From positions 3,914-67,913 of the forward strand of contig JAEZHF010000072.1 in assembly GCA_023416745.1 (NCBI GenBank): a DNA stretch of 64,000 bases, in the 5' to 3' direction. Numbering within the stretch: the first letter of the stretch is position 1; each line of letters opens with the position of its first letter. Origin of the DNA: Bacillota bacterium (GTDB taxonomy: Bacteria > Bacillota > Clostridia > Christensenellales > SZUA-584). The notes beneath the pieces are model-generated. The model saw only the letters and a program-made list of their open reading frames with translations. It did not search any database and was not told where the DNA came from. Shown here piece after piece: positions 1 through 9,127 of this stretch. Made by a program: the position numbers and the translations under genes.

Positions 1-981
1 TATTATTCCATGGACCGCGACAACCGCTTTGAGCGCGTCGAAAAGGCATATGCGGTTATGGCGTGCGGCGAAGGCAACACCGCGTCGTCTGCGGTGGAGG
101 CCATGCAGACAAGCTACGATAACGGCGTGATGGATGAGTTCGTTGTGCCTACCGCGATCGTGAAGAACGGCAGGCCGGTGGCCACCATCGGAGCCAACGA
201 TTCCATCATATTCTTCAACTTCCGCCCGGACCGCGCTCGGGAGATTACGCGTGCCTTCATCGACGAGGATTTTACGGGCTTTGCGCGCGATTACTTCCCG
301 GTGTTTTACGTCTGCATGACGCAGTATGACAAGACGTTCCAAAACGTGCATGTGGCCTACAAGCCGCAGTCGCTGGCCAACACGCTGGGCGAATACCTTG
401 CGATGAGCGGCAAGCGCCAGTTCCGCATCGCGGAAACGGAGAAGTATGCGCACGTTACGTTCTTCTTTAACGGCGGCGTAGAAAAGCCCAACGAGGGCGA
501 GGACCGCTTCCTGATACCATCGCCCAAGGTGGCAACCTACGATTTGAAGCCGGAGATGAGTGCGTACGAAGTGGCGGACGAAGCGGTGAAGCACATCGAG
601 TCGGGCGAGTACGACGTGATGGTACTGAACTTCGCGAACCCGGACATGGTGGGCCACACCGGCATACTAGAAGCGGCGGTGAAAGCCGTGAAGGCTGTGG
701 ACGAGTGCGTCGGCAAGGTGGTGGGCGCAATACTCAAAAACGGCGGTGAGGTTATCATCACGGCAGATCACGGCAACTCCGAGAAGATGTTCGACGATAA
801 CGGCGGGCCGTTTACCGCCCACACAACCAATCCGGTGCCGCTGATACTGGTGAGCGAGAGGTACAAGAACGCAAAGCTTCGGGAGGATGGCCGCCTGGCC
901 GATCTTGCACCCACACTGCTGGGACTGATGGGGCTGCCCGTTCCGGAAGAAATGACAGGCAGGACGCTGATCGAACAATGA
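1..981 (+). CDS. gpmI: 2,3-bisphosphoglycerate-independent phosphoglycerate mutase, C-terminal part (5' end lies outside the window)
   Basis: The frame is open from base 1. The translation contains [12 protein letters not shown] and ITADHGNSE, typical of iPGM. TGA stop at 979-981. Confidence 0.9.
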   Translation, partial: YYSMDRDNRFERVEKAYAVMACGEGNTASSAVEAMQTSYDNGVMDEFVVPTAIVKNGRPVATIGANDSIIFFNFRPDRAREITRAFIDEDFTGFARDYFPVFYVCMTQYDKTFQNVHVAYKPQSLANTLGEYLAMSGKRQFRIAETEKYAHVTFFFNGGVEKPNEGEDRFLIPSPKVATYDLKPEMSAYEVADEAVKHIESGEYDVMVLNFANPDMVGHTGILEAAVKAVKAVDECVGKVVGAILKNGGEVIITADHGNSEKMFDDNGGPFTAHTTNPVPLILVSERYKNAKLREDGRLADLAPTLLGLMGLPVPEEMTGRTLIEQ

Positions 982-990
982 TATGGATGA

Positions 991-1024
991 GAAACGCTTT
1001 GCTGCGGCAGGGCGTTTCTTTTCT
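991..1024 (+). terminator. Intrinsic terminator after gpmI
   Basis: GAAACGC (991-997) pairs with GCGTTTC (1012-1018), followed by TTTTCT. Confidence 0.6.
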
Positions 1025-1157
1025 GGAAATTCTCCGGCTTGCAAAAACCGGTTGAATCAAAAAACAAAAATGACTTAAGGATATTCGTTCATTTTTGGAG
1101 TAGATTAATGGTGGCAAACCATGTATAATAAAAAAAAGCCAAAGGAGTGATGCCAAT

Positions 1158-1559
1158 ATGATCCAAATCATTTATGGTAAGAAGGGCAGCGGAAAATCGA
1201 AAAGGCTTCTTGACATGGCCAACTCAGAGGTCGAAACAGCCAAAGGCAACATCGTCTATCTGGACGACAACAACAGGTGCATGTACGACTTAAAGCACGA
1301 GATACGATTTATCAATCTGGCAGACTACAGTATTAACAATTTTGATAAGCTCTATGGTTTTGTATGCGGCATATTATCCAGAGATTTTGATATTTCATCG
1401 GTTTACATAGACGGTTTGAAGAAGATGATTCGCAAGGACGATGACGACGTCGAAAAGCTCCTGAAGAAGTTTGACAAGGTGTTTGGGGACATCAATGCTT
1501 ATCTGGTCATCAGCGGCAGCGAGGAAGTGCCTGAATACCTGGAGAAGTTGGTTATATAG
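1158..1559 (+). CDS. Small (133 aa) P-loop NTPase-like protein of unknown function
   Basis: SD AAAGGAG lies upstream of the ATG. Walker A-like GKKGSGKS at residues 7-14 and Walker B-like IVYLDD. The gene is visibly more AT-rich than gpmI and thrC on either side. Confidence 0.6.
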   Translation: MIQIIYGKKGSGKSKRLLDMANSEVETAKGNIVYLDDNNRCMYDLKHEIRFINLADYSINNFDKLYGFVCGILSRDFDISSVYIDGLKKMIRKDDDDVEKLLKKFDKVFGDINAYLVISGSEEVPEYLEKLVI

Positions 1560-1715
1560 AGACAATCCAGTAGCTTACAGAGCCTGCGCATTTGCGGGCG
1601 TTTTGAGCGGCTCTGCCGGGACCTGGCAGACCATTCAGGCGCGCTGCGCGCAGGTTTGTTTTTGCGGAGTTCCCGCCGCAAGGTGCGGGACAATTCTATA
1701 TCGGAGGAATGAAAC

Positions 1716-3170
1716 ATGATACTGGTGAGTACGCGGGACAGCAAATTGGGCATGCCGGCTTCCAAAGCGGTGCTGCAGGGCATTTCGCCGGATGGCGGGC
1801 TGTTTGTGCCCCTCACATTCCCAAAACTGAAATGGAAGAAGGGGGAAGCCTATCCGGCGCTGTGTGCGCGTGTGCTGGCTGCGTTCTTCGACGACCTGCC
1901 GGAGCTGGAACAGCTCACACAAGACGCTTACCGCCCGTTCGACGATGAGAAAAAAGCGCCTGTGGTGAAAATGGCAGACGGTGAATATATGCTGGAGCTG
2001 TGGCACGGGCCCACGCTGGCGTTTAAAGACATGGCGCTCTCTGTGCTGCCTCGGCTGCTTTCCGCGTCGATGGACGTGCATGGCGGAAAGGATATACTGA
2101 TACTCGTCGCCACGTCGGGCGATACCGGAAAGGCGGCGCTGGAGGGCTTCTGCGACGTACCGCGCACCCGCATCGTGGTGTTCTATCCCAGTGAAGGGGT
2201 ATCCGATATGCAGAAGCTGCAGATGGTGACGCAGGAGGGAAGCAATACGCATGTGGTGGCCGTGAACGGCAACTTCGACGACGCGCAGAACGGCGTGAAG
2301 GAGATGTTTGGCGACGAGACGTTTGTGGCCGCTGTTGGGGAGAAAGGATACAGCCTGTCGTCCGCCAACTCTATCAACTTCGGACGGCTTGCGCCGCAGA
2401 TCGCGTATTACTTTGGTGCGTACGCGCAACTGCTGGACAGCGGCGAGATCATTGACGGGGAAGCGGTCAACTTTGCGGTACCCACGGGCAACTTTGGCAA
2501 TATACTGGCCGGTTACTACGCCATGCGTATGGGTCTGCCAATCCATAAGCTGATCTGTGCATCCAACAAAAACAACGTGCTGACGGATTTTTTCCATCAG
2601 GGAGCATATTCGCTGAACAGGCCGTTCTATAAGACGATGTCACCGTCGATGGATATACTGATATCCAGCAACTTAGAACGCCTGTTGTTCGAACTGACAG
2701 GCCGCGATCCGCACAGGGTATCGGCGATGATGAAGCAGCTGAATGAGACGGGCCGTTACGACATCGGCAATACCGCCAATAAAGCGCTGGCGGAAAATTT
2801 CTGGGCTGACTGGTGCGATGAAAACGAGACGATGGCTTGCATAAAAAGCACGTTTGAGCAGAAGGGCTATTTGCTGGATACGCACACCGCCGTTGCTGCT
2901 GCCGTTTATGAGAAATACAAAGCGACGGGCGACAAGACAAAGACCGTGATCGTGTCCACCGCGTCGCCGTACAAGTTCCCTCAGGACGTTCTGAACTCCC
3001 TGAGCGAGAGCACAGAAGGCATGGACGCGTTCGCGCTGTCCCGGCGTCTGAGCGAGCTGACAGGAACCAAGCTGCCGCAGCAGATCGTAGAACTGGAGCA
3101 CAAGCCTGTGCGGCACAAGGCCGTGGCGGATCGGGATGCGATGCGCGGCGCTGTACTGGAGGCGCTTTGA
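1716..3170 (+). CDS. thrC: Threonine synthase
   Basis: SD GGAGGA sits 7 nt upstream of the ATG. The N-terminus has GISPDGGLFVP and the PLP-lysine context TLAFKDMAL. 484 aa, typical of long-form ThrC. Confidence 0.9.
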   Translation: MILVSTRDSKLGMPASKAVLQGISPDGGLFVPLTFPKLKWKKGEAYPALCARVLAAFFDDLPELEQLTQDAYRPFDDEKKAPVVKMADGEYMLELWHGPTLAFKDMALSVLPRLLSASMDVHGGKDILILVATSGDTGKAALEGFCDVPRTRIVVFYPSEGVSDMQKLQMVTQEGSNTHVVAVNGNFDDAQNGVKEMFGDETFVAAVGEKGYSLSSANSINFGRLAPQIAYYFGAYAQLLDSGEIIDGEAVNFAVPTGNFGNILAGYYAMRMGLPIHKLICASNKNNVLTDFFHQGAYSLNRPFYKTMSPSMDILISSNLERLLFELTGRDPHRVSAMMKQLNETGRYDIGNTANKALAENFWADWCDENETMACIKSTFEQKGYLLDTHTAVAAAVYEKYKATGDKTKTVIVSTASPYKFPQDVLNSLSESTEGMDAFALSRRLSELTGTKLPQQIVELEHKPVRHKAVADRDAMRGAVLEAL

Positions 3171-3448
3171 TCATGGATGCTGCGGTTTTTGAGGTGGCGT
3201 TTACCGTCACCGGTGCACAAAGCCTTAAAGACAAACGCATGGTGGTGAAAAGCATCCGCGAGCGATGCCGCAGCCGTTTCAATGTGTCGGTTATCGAGAG
3301 CGGAGACAATGATAAATGGCAGCTGGCGCGCCTTGGCTTCGCGCTGGCCGCTCTGGGGCCTGCGGAAGCGGCGCAGTCTGCGCAGACCATCATCGATTTT
3401 TTGTATGATGACGACAGGATCGAGATCATTGAAATCGTAAGTGAATAG
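3167..3448 (+). CDS. DUF503 (YlxP-like) small protein
   Basis: 93-aa ORF overlapping the thrC stop (TTG 3167 or ATG 3173). It has the [12 protein letters not shown] motif typical of DUF503. Confidence 0.6.
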   Translation: MIMDAAVFEVAFTVTGAQSLKDKRMVVKSIRERCRSRFNVSVIESGDNDKWQLARLGFALAALGPAEAAQSAQTIIDFLYDDDRIEIIEIVSE

Positions 3449-3461
3449 GGAGGATAGGCCC

Positions 3462-4463
3462 ATGAGCGATAAAAAGACGATATTCTCTGGCGTGCAGCCG
3501 TCCGGTGTGCTGACGATCGGCAACTATCTGGGCGCGATCAAGAACTGGGTCAAGCTGCAGGACGAATACAACTGCTACTACTGCGTGGTGGATATGCACG
3601 CGCTGACGGTGCGGCAGGACGCGGCAGACCTGCGTAAACGCTGCCTCGATACGTTGTCGCTGCTGCTGGCGGCCGGGTTGTCGCCGGAGAAGAACATCAT
3701 GTTCTGCCAGTCGCACGTGTCGTGCCATGCCGAGCTGATGTGGGTGCTCAGCTGCTACACATATATCGGTGAGCTTTCCCGTATGACGCAGTTCAAGGAG
3801 AAGAGCGAGCGCCACGCGGACAACATTAATGCCGGGCTGTTCACATATCCGGTGCTGATGGCGGCGGACATACTGCTGTATTCCGCAGACCTCGTACCGG
3901 TGGGTGCGGACCAGAAGCAGCACCTGGAGATCACGCGGGATATCGCGATACGCTTCAACAACATATACGGCGATGTATTCACCGTTCCCGAGCCGGACAT
4001 CCCCAAGGCGGGCGCGCGGGTGATGAGCCTCGCAGAGCCGACGGCCAAGATGTCCAAGTCGGACAGCAACGAAAACGCGTACGTGTCGCTGCTGGATCCG
4101 CCTGAGGTGATTCAGCGCAAATTTAAACGTGCGGTTACAGATTCGGACGGCCAGATACGCTATTCTGAGGACAAGCCGGGCGTGTCCAACCTGATGTCTA
4201 TATACGGTGCGGTGACCGGCCTGTCGTTTAACGATATCGAGAAGGAGCTTGAGGGGCAAGGCTACGGCGCGCTGAAATCCCGCGTTGCGGACGCCGTGGT
4301 TGCGGAACTGGAACCGCTGCAGAAGGAGTACGCGCGTATTCGGGCTGACAAGGCTTACCTGAGCGGGGTTATTCAGAGCGGCGCGCAGCGCGCAGGCAGC
4401 AATGCATCGCGGATGCTGCGCAAGGTGTATAAGAAGATCGGCTTTGCGCCGGAAAAGGTATGA
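3462..4463 (+). CDS. trpS: Tryptophan--tRNA ligase
   Basis: SD GGAGGA lies upstream of ATG 3462. N-terminus [19 protein letters not shown] and a KMSKS motif (AKMSKSD). About 333 aa. Confidence 0.9.
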   Translation: MSDKKTIFSGVQPSGVLTIGNYLGAIKNWVKLQDEYNCYYCVVDMHALTVRQDAADLRKRCLDTLSLLLAAGLSPEKNIMFCQSHVSCHAELMWVLSCYTYIGELSRMTQFKEKSERHADNINAGLFTYPVLMAADILLYSADLVPVGADQKQHLEITRDIAIRFNNIYGDVFTVPEPDIPKAGARVMSLAEPTAKMSKSDSNENAYVSLLDPPEVIQRKFKRAVTDSDGQIRYSEDKPGVSNLMSIYGAVTGLSFNDIEKELEGQGYGALKSRVADAVVAELEPLQKEYARIRADKAYLSGVIQSGAQRAGSNASRMLRKVYKKIGFAPEKV

Positions 4464-4467
4464 CAAA

Positions 4468-5109
4468 ATGGGTTTAGGCAGGGCGTACAAACTCTATCTG
4501 TTTGATCTGGACGGCACGCTGGTGGACACCAAGCTGGACATCGCTCTTGCGTTCCAGCGGGTGTTGGGTGAAGCGGGCTTTGATGAGCCGTCGCTGGATG
4601 ATGTGGAAAAGGCCATCGGTGGGGGAGCGAAAAACGCTGTAAACAAGCTGACGGGTCTGGAAGGCGATGCACTGGCACCGCTGCTTGAGGCTTTTACGGC
4701 GGCTTATGAGGAGATGTGCGCGGACCACACCGAGGTCTATGCGGGCGGTGAGGCACTGCTGCGCAGGCTCAAAGCCGAAGGCGCGAAGCTGGCCGTGGTA
4801 ACGATGAAGTTCCGCGCACCCACGCACAAGATATTGAGACGGCATGGCATCATTGATCTGCTGGACGATGTGCTGGCGTTTGACGATCTGGAAAAGCGCA
4901 AGCCGGACCCGGACAGCCTTGTGAAGCTGATAAAAAAATATGACATAAAACCAGAAGACGTGCTGGTGATCGGCGATACTGTGACCGATCTCAAATACGC
5001 TCAGAATGCCGGCGTGGACGCGTGCGCTGTGGAATATGGCTATGGGGAGCTTGAGGATTTGAAGGCGCTCTCTCCCCGTTACATGGTCAAGAGTTTGCTC
5101 GACATATAA
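4468..5109 (+). CDS. HAD-superfamily phosphatase (phosphoglycolate phosphatase-like)
   Basis: ATG at 4468. DLDGTLVD motif I and a later GDTVTD motif. About 213 aa. Confidence 0.75.
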   Translation: MGLGRAYKLYLFDLDGTLVDTKLDIALAFQRVLGEAGFDEPSLDDVEKAIGGGAKNAVNKLTGLEGDALAPLLEAFTAAYEEMCADHTEVYAGGEALLRRLKAEGAKLAVVTMKFRAPTHKILRRHGIIDLLDDVLAFDDLEKRKPDPDSLVKLIKKYDIKPEDVLVIGDTVTDLKYAQNAGVDACAVEYGYGELEDLKALSPRYMVKSLLDI

Positions 5110-5113
5110 AAAA

Positions 5114-5141
5114 AGGGGCGTGCGATGGAATCGAGGCCCCT
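5114..5141 (-). terminator. Intrinsic terminator for the Gly/Cys-rich gene (minus strand); may also stop the HAD gene
   Basis: AGGGGC (5114-5119) pairs with GCCCCT (5136-5141), with an inner CGAT/ATCG pairing. Read on the minus strand it is followed by a run of 7 U (plus-strand A-run 5107-5113). Confidence 0.6.
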
Positions 5142-5239
5142 GAATTATATACACGCGGTGTATATGTTGGTTGGTATCATCCTCCGGATCGTTGAGCAGC
5201 TGTCGCTCTCGCCGGGGATTTTTTGTTATTGGGGTGTTG

Positions 5240-5482
5240 TTAGCACTTCGGGTTGCCACAGCCGCCCCAGCCGCCGTCGCATCCGCCGCAGCAGCAGAGA
5301 AGCAGGATGATCCAGATAATGCAGCTGCATCCGCCGCCACCAAAACCAAAGCCACCACCGCAGCCGTCGCCGCAGTTGCTGCCATAGCCGCCGCCGCATC
5401 CACCGCAGCAGCACAGTAACAAGATGATCAGCCAGCAGCAGTTGCCGCCAAAGCCGCCTCCGCATCCACCATCAAATCCCAT
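5240..5482 (-). CDS. Gly/Cys-rich tiny membrane protein, internally duplicated (YjcZ-like sporulation-protein type)
   Basis: Perfect SD AAGGAGG sits 8 nt upstream of the ATG on the minus strand, and a terminator lies downstream. The 80-aa product has 17 Cys and many Gly. It carries two copies of a hydrophobic core, CCWLIILLLCCCGGC and CSCIIWIILLLCCCGGC. Confidence 0.6.
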   Translation of the reverse strand: MGFDGGCGGGFGGNCCWLIILLLCCCGGCGGGYGSNCGDGCGGGFGFGGGGCSCIIWIILLLCCCGGCDGGWGGCGNPKC

Positions 5483-5601
5483 ATATATATCCTCCTTGTA
5501 TTTCGGTGTCCTTTTTTCTAAAGGCTTAGTCTATATTACGCGAAGGATATATAATTGGTGCATCATGTGTGATTCACTGTGACAGATCAAAAAAGATTGT
5601 T

Positions 5602-6810
5602 TTATGAATCAGTTAAGGCCGGGCTGCCCACGCTGTCCACCAGTTGAAGCTCCCGCTCAATTGACCGGGACTTGCGGGACGCGTCATCAAGATTGTTCTG
5701 TGCCGCCTGCAGGCTGCGCTGGGTTCGCTCAATCGCGTCGGTGAAGGAGGAGAACGCTTTGCGTATGGCCTCCAGAAGCCGCAGTACCTCACCGGACTGC
5801 TGTTCTATCGCCAGCGTACGGAAACCCATCTGCAGGCTGTTCAAGAGCGCTGAAAGCGTGGAGGGGCCTGCTATCGTCACGCGGTATTCCCGCTGGCAGA
5901 CGTCGGAGACACCCATCGATATCGCATCGGCATAAAGGCCCTCCGTAGGCAGATACATCACGGCGAATTCGGTGGTGGCAGGTGGGTTAATGTATTTGTC
6001 GCTGATGCGCTTGGCTTCGATTACCAAAGTTTTTGTCAGAGACTTCATCGCTTCTTTGGCCATTTCAGCGTCCCCGCTTTCCAGCAGTTCCTCTTTCTTA
6101 ATGTATGCTTCCATAGGAAATTTTGAGTCGATGGGCAACAATATACTGTCGCCCGATGCGCCGGGCATCACGACGGCAAATTCCACGCGCTCGCGGTTAT
6201 CCTTCACGGCGGCGTTACTCACATATTGAGCGGGGGAGAGCATTGCAGAAATCAGCGCGCCCAGCTGCGTCTCGCCCCAGGTGCCGCGTACCTTCACGTT
6301 GGATAGCACGCGCTTCAAGTCGCCCACGCCCGCGGCCAGGCTGCGCACCTCGCCCATGCTTTTGAACACCTGCTCCAGCTGGTCGGACACCTGCTTGAAC
6401 GATCCTGTCAGCCTCTTTTGGAGCATGTCGGAAAGCTGCTCGTCCACAGTCCTGCGCATCTGCTCCAACCGCTTTTCAGTGGTTTCGGTTATCTCCTTCA
6501 GCCGGCCTTCCACGGAATTTCGCAGCTTGTCCATACTCTCGCTGCTCTGGCGTGCCGTGTCGCAGAGCGTGCGCGTCAGTCCGTCGCCCAGTGCCCCGAA
6601 CATCTCGATCACTTCGCGGCGCTGCTGATAGGCACTGTCGGCGCTTTGCTTTTTCATGTCTGCCAGCAGCCGGAAAAGAGTGGCTTCCAGCCTTTCCAGC
6701 GAGCCACCCACATCACCCGATCTGCTTTTTTTAAATATCAGCACAAACAGCACCGCCAGAAGCAGCATCACAGATGTGCCCGACAAAATGTACAACCCCA
6801 TATCCATCAT
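5602..6810 (-). CDS. rmuC: DNA recombination protein RmuC
   Basis: 402 aa with an N-terminal TM helix, a long coiled-coil region and a C-terminal RmuC-type domain (VMYLPTEGLY, VTIAGPSTL). Confidence 0.8.
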   Translation of the reverse strand: MMDMGLYILSGTSVMLLLAVLFVLIFKKSRSGDVGGSLERLEATLFRLLADMKKQSADSAYQQRREVIEMFGALGDGLTRTLCDTARQSSESMDKLRNSVEGRLKEITETTEKRLEQMRRTVDEQLSDMLQKRLTGSFKQVSDQLEQVFKSMGEVRSLAAGVGDLKRVLSNVKVRGTWGETQLGALISAMLSPAQYVSNAAVKDNRERVEFAVVMPGASGDSILLPIDSKFPMEAYIKKEELLESGDAEMAKEAMKSLTKTLVIEAKRISDKYINPPATTEFAVMYLPTEGLYADAISMGVSDVCQREYRVTIAGPSTLSALLNSLQMGFRTLAIEQQSGEVLRLLEAIRKAFSSFTDAIERTQRSLQAAQNNLDDASRKSRSIERELQLVDSVGSPALTDS

Positions 6811-6900
6811 AAGAACCCCCTTTAAACGCGAATTATATCACAGAGGCTGTCCAAAAATGCGTACAAGGTTGTGTATTTATTGAAAACCAATAAAAAATCG

Positions 6901-6929
6901 TTGACTTTGAGTACCCATTATGCTATTCT
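6901..6929 (+). promoter_or_regulatory. Sigma-A type promoter for the DUF2975/HTH operon
   Basis: TTGACT (6901-6906), 17-nt spacer, TATTCT (6924-6929). Confidence 0.4.
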
Positions 6930-6950
6930 CTCGCTTGATGGAGGTGAAAC

Positions 6951-7421
6951 ATGGATAAAAGCTTATGGAACATCCCATTGATACTTCAGCGGATGCTGGA
7001 AATCACGCTTGTATTGGGGACCATTTTTATCATCGCTTTACCTTTCATGACCGCTTTGCTGGATGAGAGACTCGTCGCCGGATATTTTACAGGCACTTCA
7101 AACGACAAATGGCTGTCGTTCACGCTTTTGGAGCTGTGCTGTGTCTGCTGCTGGTTCATACTCGTCTTTTTGCGCAAACTGCTCAGAACGGTCATAAAAA
7201 GCTCACCTTTTGTCTATAACAATGTCCTTTATCTGAAGTATACATCTTACGTATGCGCTGCAGCAGCGCTGGTGCTGATCGTCAAAACGCTGATCGATTT
7301 TACGGTGCTGACGCCTGTCGTGGCGATACTGGCCGTGCTCGCCAGTCTGTTTTGCCAGACGCTGGCCGCCGTTTTCGACAAGGCCATACGGCTTAAAGAT
7401 GAAAACGACCTGACGATTTGA
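6951..7421 (+). CDS. DUF2975-like polytopic membrane protein
   Basis: 156 aa with about 4 predicted TM helices. It sits immediately upstream of a YozG-type HTH gene, which is the classic pairing. Confidence 0.55.
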   Translation: MDKSLWNIPLILQRMLEITLVLGTIFIIALPFMTALLDERLVAGYFTGTSNDKWLSFTLLELCCVCCWFILVFLRKLLRTVIKSSPFVYNNVLYLKYTSYVCAAAALVLIVKTLIDFTVLTPVVAILAVLASLFCQTLAAVFDKAIRLKDENDLTI

Positions 7422-7436
7422 GATGGGAGGATTGAA

Positions 7437-7652
7437 TTGGCAATTATTGTTAACCTGGATGTCATGATGGCCAAAAGAAAAATCTCACTCAACGAACTTT
7501 CGGATAAGGTGGGCATAACGAAGGCCAATTTGTCGATATTGAAAACAGGGAAGGCTAAAGCCATACGCTTTTCGACGCTGAATGCGATTTGCGTTGAGCT
7601 TGACTGCCAACCCGGGGACATTTTAGAATTCAGGGAGGACGAGGATGACTGA
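7437..7652 (+). CDS. XRE-family (YozG-like) small HTH transcriptional regulator
   Basis: 71 aa. The sequence MAKRKISLNELSDKVGITKANLSILKTGKAKAIRFSTL is typical of this HTH_26 type. Confidence 0.8.
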   Translation: MAIIVNLDVMMAKRKISLNELSDKVGITKANLSILKTGKAKAIRFSTLNAICVELDCQPGDILEFREDEDD

Positions 7653-7785
7653 CACAAATTATTTGTACGAATATTTTCTGACACACAGCCCGCAGACGGC
7701 AGAAGAACCGTCGGCACAGACGTCAGAGCCGGATGACAACGAAGAGGAGTAGGATAATTAAAAAGCTTCAAACATTTTTAATATA

Positions 7786-7829
7786 GGCGGTGACCTTGAA
7801 TAAAAGTTTTCAAGGCCACCGCCGTTTTT
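7786..7829. terminator. Long hairpin terminator between convergent genes
   Basis: GGCGGTGACCTTGAA (7786-7800) pairs with TTCAAGGCCACCGCC (7809-7823) with 1 mismatch, followed by GTTTTTA. Confidence 0.7.
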
Positions 7830-7846
7830 ATTGTCCTTGGTCAGGT

Positions 7847-8929
7847 CTATTTCTCAGCGGATGCGCCGCCCAAGTCACGGAGCATAGGCTTGAAGCCGGA
7901 AGTCATAATTAGTTCATCGTCCGGCATCACCCAAAGGGCTTCCACACCCTCAAGCTCTTCGGCGAATTTGAGAGCTTTGTCCGGCGGCTCAATGAAGAGC
8001 ACGGTGGAGAGCAGGTCGGCCACGCCCGAGTCTGCGGTGATTACCGTGACAGCCTTGTAATAGTCGGCAGGCATCAGTGTGGCCGGGTCGATCAGATGGT
8101 GGTACTGCTTGCCGTCTACGGTATAGAACCGCTCATAGACGCCGCTGGACACCACGGAAAGGTCCTTCACGAAAGCGACATCAAGAAGGTTCGACTCGTC
8201 CACGGAACCGGCCAGCGGACTGTCCGGGTCCTTGATACCAACACCCCACCGGACTCGCCTGCCGTCCAGAGGGTGCCCGATGGCATGCACATTGCCGCCT
8301 GCACTGATCAGCACGGAGTTATAGCCCTTTTCGGTCAGCAGATCGGCGACCACCTCTGTGGCGTAGCCTTTGGCGACCGCGCCGACATCAATACGCATAT
8401 TCTTGTCTGCCAGAAATACTGTGGAGGCCGCCTCATCGACGATCACGTTGTTAATGTCCGAATGTTCTTTGGCTGCCTGCAGTTCGCTCATCGGCGGAAG
8501 CTGCGCGCTGCCCGGGTCGTCGATGCCTGCCTCGCGGTAATCGTGCCACAAGGACAGTACCGAGCCCATCGCGATGTTGACGGCACCGTCCGACTTTTCG
8601 TACCATTCCTTGGACAACTTTATCAGCTCGATGATGTGGGTATCCACCTTCACGGGCTGATTACCGGCATTGTCGTTGATCGTCTTCACATTATTGATGC
8701 CTTCATAGCTGTGGTATATGTCAAACAGCTTATGCATGTACAAAAACTCCTCATGAGCAATGCCGAGAAGCTCATTGAATTGCTCTTCTGTTTGCGTATA
8801 AGCCATCACGATGACGACAGTATCGAACGTATCCATAAAGTTGCTTTGAAATTTATTGTTCTTCACACAGCCTGCAGCCAATGAGGCGAGCATGCAAACA
8901 GCCAGCAGAAGGATAATTGCTTTTTTCAT
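7847..8929 (-). CDS. apbE: FAD:protein FMN transferase (ApbE family) lipoprotein
   Basis: Lipoprotein signal MKKAIILLLAVCMLASLAAGC. ApbE-family body (IDVGAVAKGYA, HHLIDPATL). Confidence 0.8.
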   Translation of the reverse strand: MKKAIILLLAVCMLASLAAGCVKNNKFQSNFMDTFDTVVIVMAYTQTEEQFNELLGIAHEEFLYMHKLFDIYHSYEGINNVKTINDNAGNQPVKVDTHIIELIKLSKEWYEKSDGAVNIAMGSVLSLWHDYREAGIDDPGSAQLPPMSELQAAKEHSDINNVIVDEAASTVFLADKNMRIDVGAVAKGYATEVVADLLTEKGYNSVLISAGGNVHAIGHPLDGRRVRWGVGIKDPDSPLAGSVDESNLLDVAFVKDLSVVSSGVYERFYTVDGKQYHHLIDPATLMPADYYKAVTVITADSGVADLLSTVLFIEPPDKALKFAEELEGVEALWVMPDDELIMTSGFKPMLRDLGGASAEK

Positions 8930-9076
8930 TCCATAACCCCGTAACTATGATTAACACTATCTATTGTTTGCTGCGCATAATGCACATTTTCCACTTTACC
9001 CGAAAATATATGGAAAGTAAACAGAAGAACATTTGCAGTAGTTTTCTGTTATGAGCAATAGCTTGTGATAAGAAAA

Positions 9077-9102
9077 ATCCCTCCAAATCGCTTTGGAGGG
9101 AT
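9077..9102 (-). terminator. Intrinsic terminator after the PplA-like gene
   Basis: Perfect 11-bp stem ATCCCTCCAAA / TTTGGAGGGAT with a 4-nt loop. On the minus strand it is followed by TTTTTCT. Confidence 0.75.
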
Positions 9103-9127
9103 TGACTCCTTACACGGTTGAAACTGA

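Noticed and set aside
1560-1715. Cluster of GC-rich hairpins upstream of thrC, considered as a riboswitch or attenuator.
   Set aside because: I recognise no T-box, SAM, lysine or leader-peptide signature. The hairpins (GCCTGC/GCGGGC, the GCGCGC palindrome, TCCCGC/GCGGGA) are short. They are most simply a weak terminator for the upstream gene plus incidental structure. A covariance-model scan would settle it.
1635-2597. Long antisense ORFs opposite well-supported genes, for example 1635-2597(-), 3426-4490(-), 13786-14610(+), 23573-25078(-), 54548-55912(-), 59771-60871(-) and 61640-62317(-).
   Set aside because: They lie entirely inside genes with strong family motifs on the other strand. They have Arg/His/Gln-rich, low-complexity translations and no SD sequences. 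These are typical shadow ORFs of GC-rich coding DNA.
3415-3475. Possible TRAP binding site at the trpS ribosome-binding region (GAG...TAGgGAGgaTAG...GAG).
   Set aside because: Only 3-5 (G/U)AG triplets occur, with irregular spacing of 1, 2 and 6 nt. Functional TRAP sites have about 9-11 triplets spaced by 2-3 nt. The TAG/GAG density here is explained by the SD (GGAGGA) and the stop codon.
5147-5165. Perfect 8-bp inverted repeat ATATACAC-gcg-GTGTATAT between the HAD gene and the Gly/Cys-rich gene.
   Set aside because: It lies in the 3' UTR of the minus-strand gene between its stop and its terminator, with no promoter nearby. It is most likely just an RNA hairpin, and there is not enough evidence for an operator.
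5171-5419. Plus-strand Ala-rich ORF (82 aa), and the 5125-5310 ORF, overlapping the Gly/Cys-rich gene.
   Set aside because: It is the mirror image of the GC-rich Gly/Cys codons. It has no SD. The minus-strand ORF has a perfect AAGGAGG-8nt-ATG and a correctly oriented terminator.
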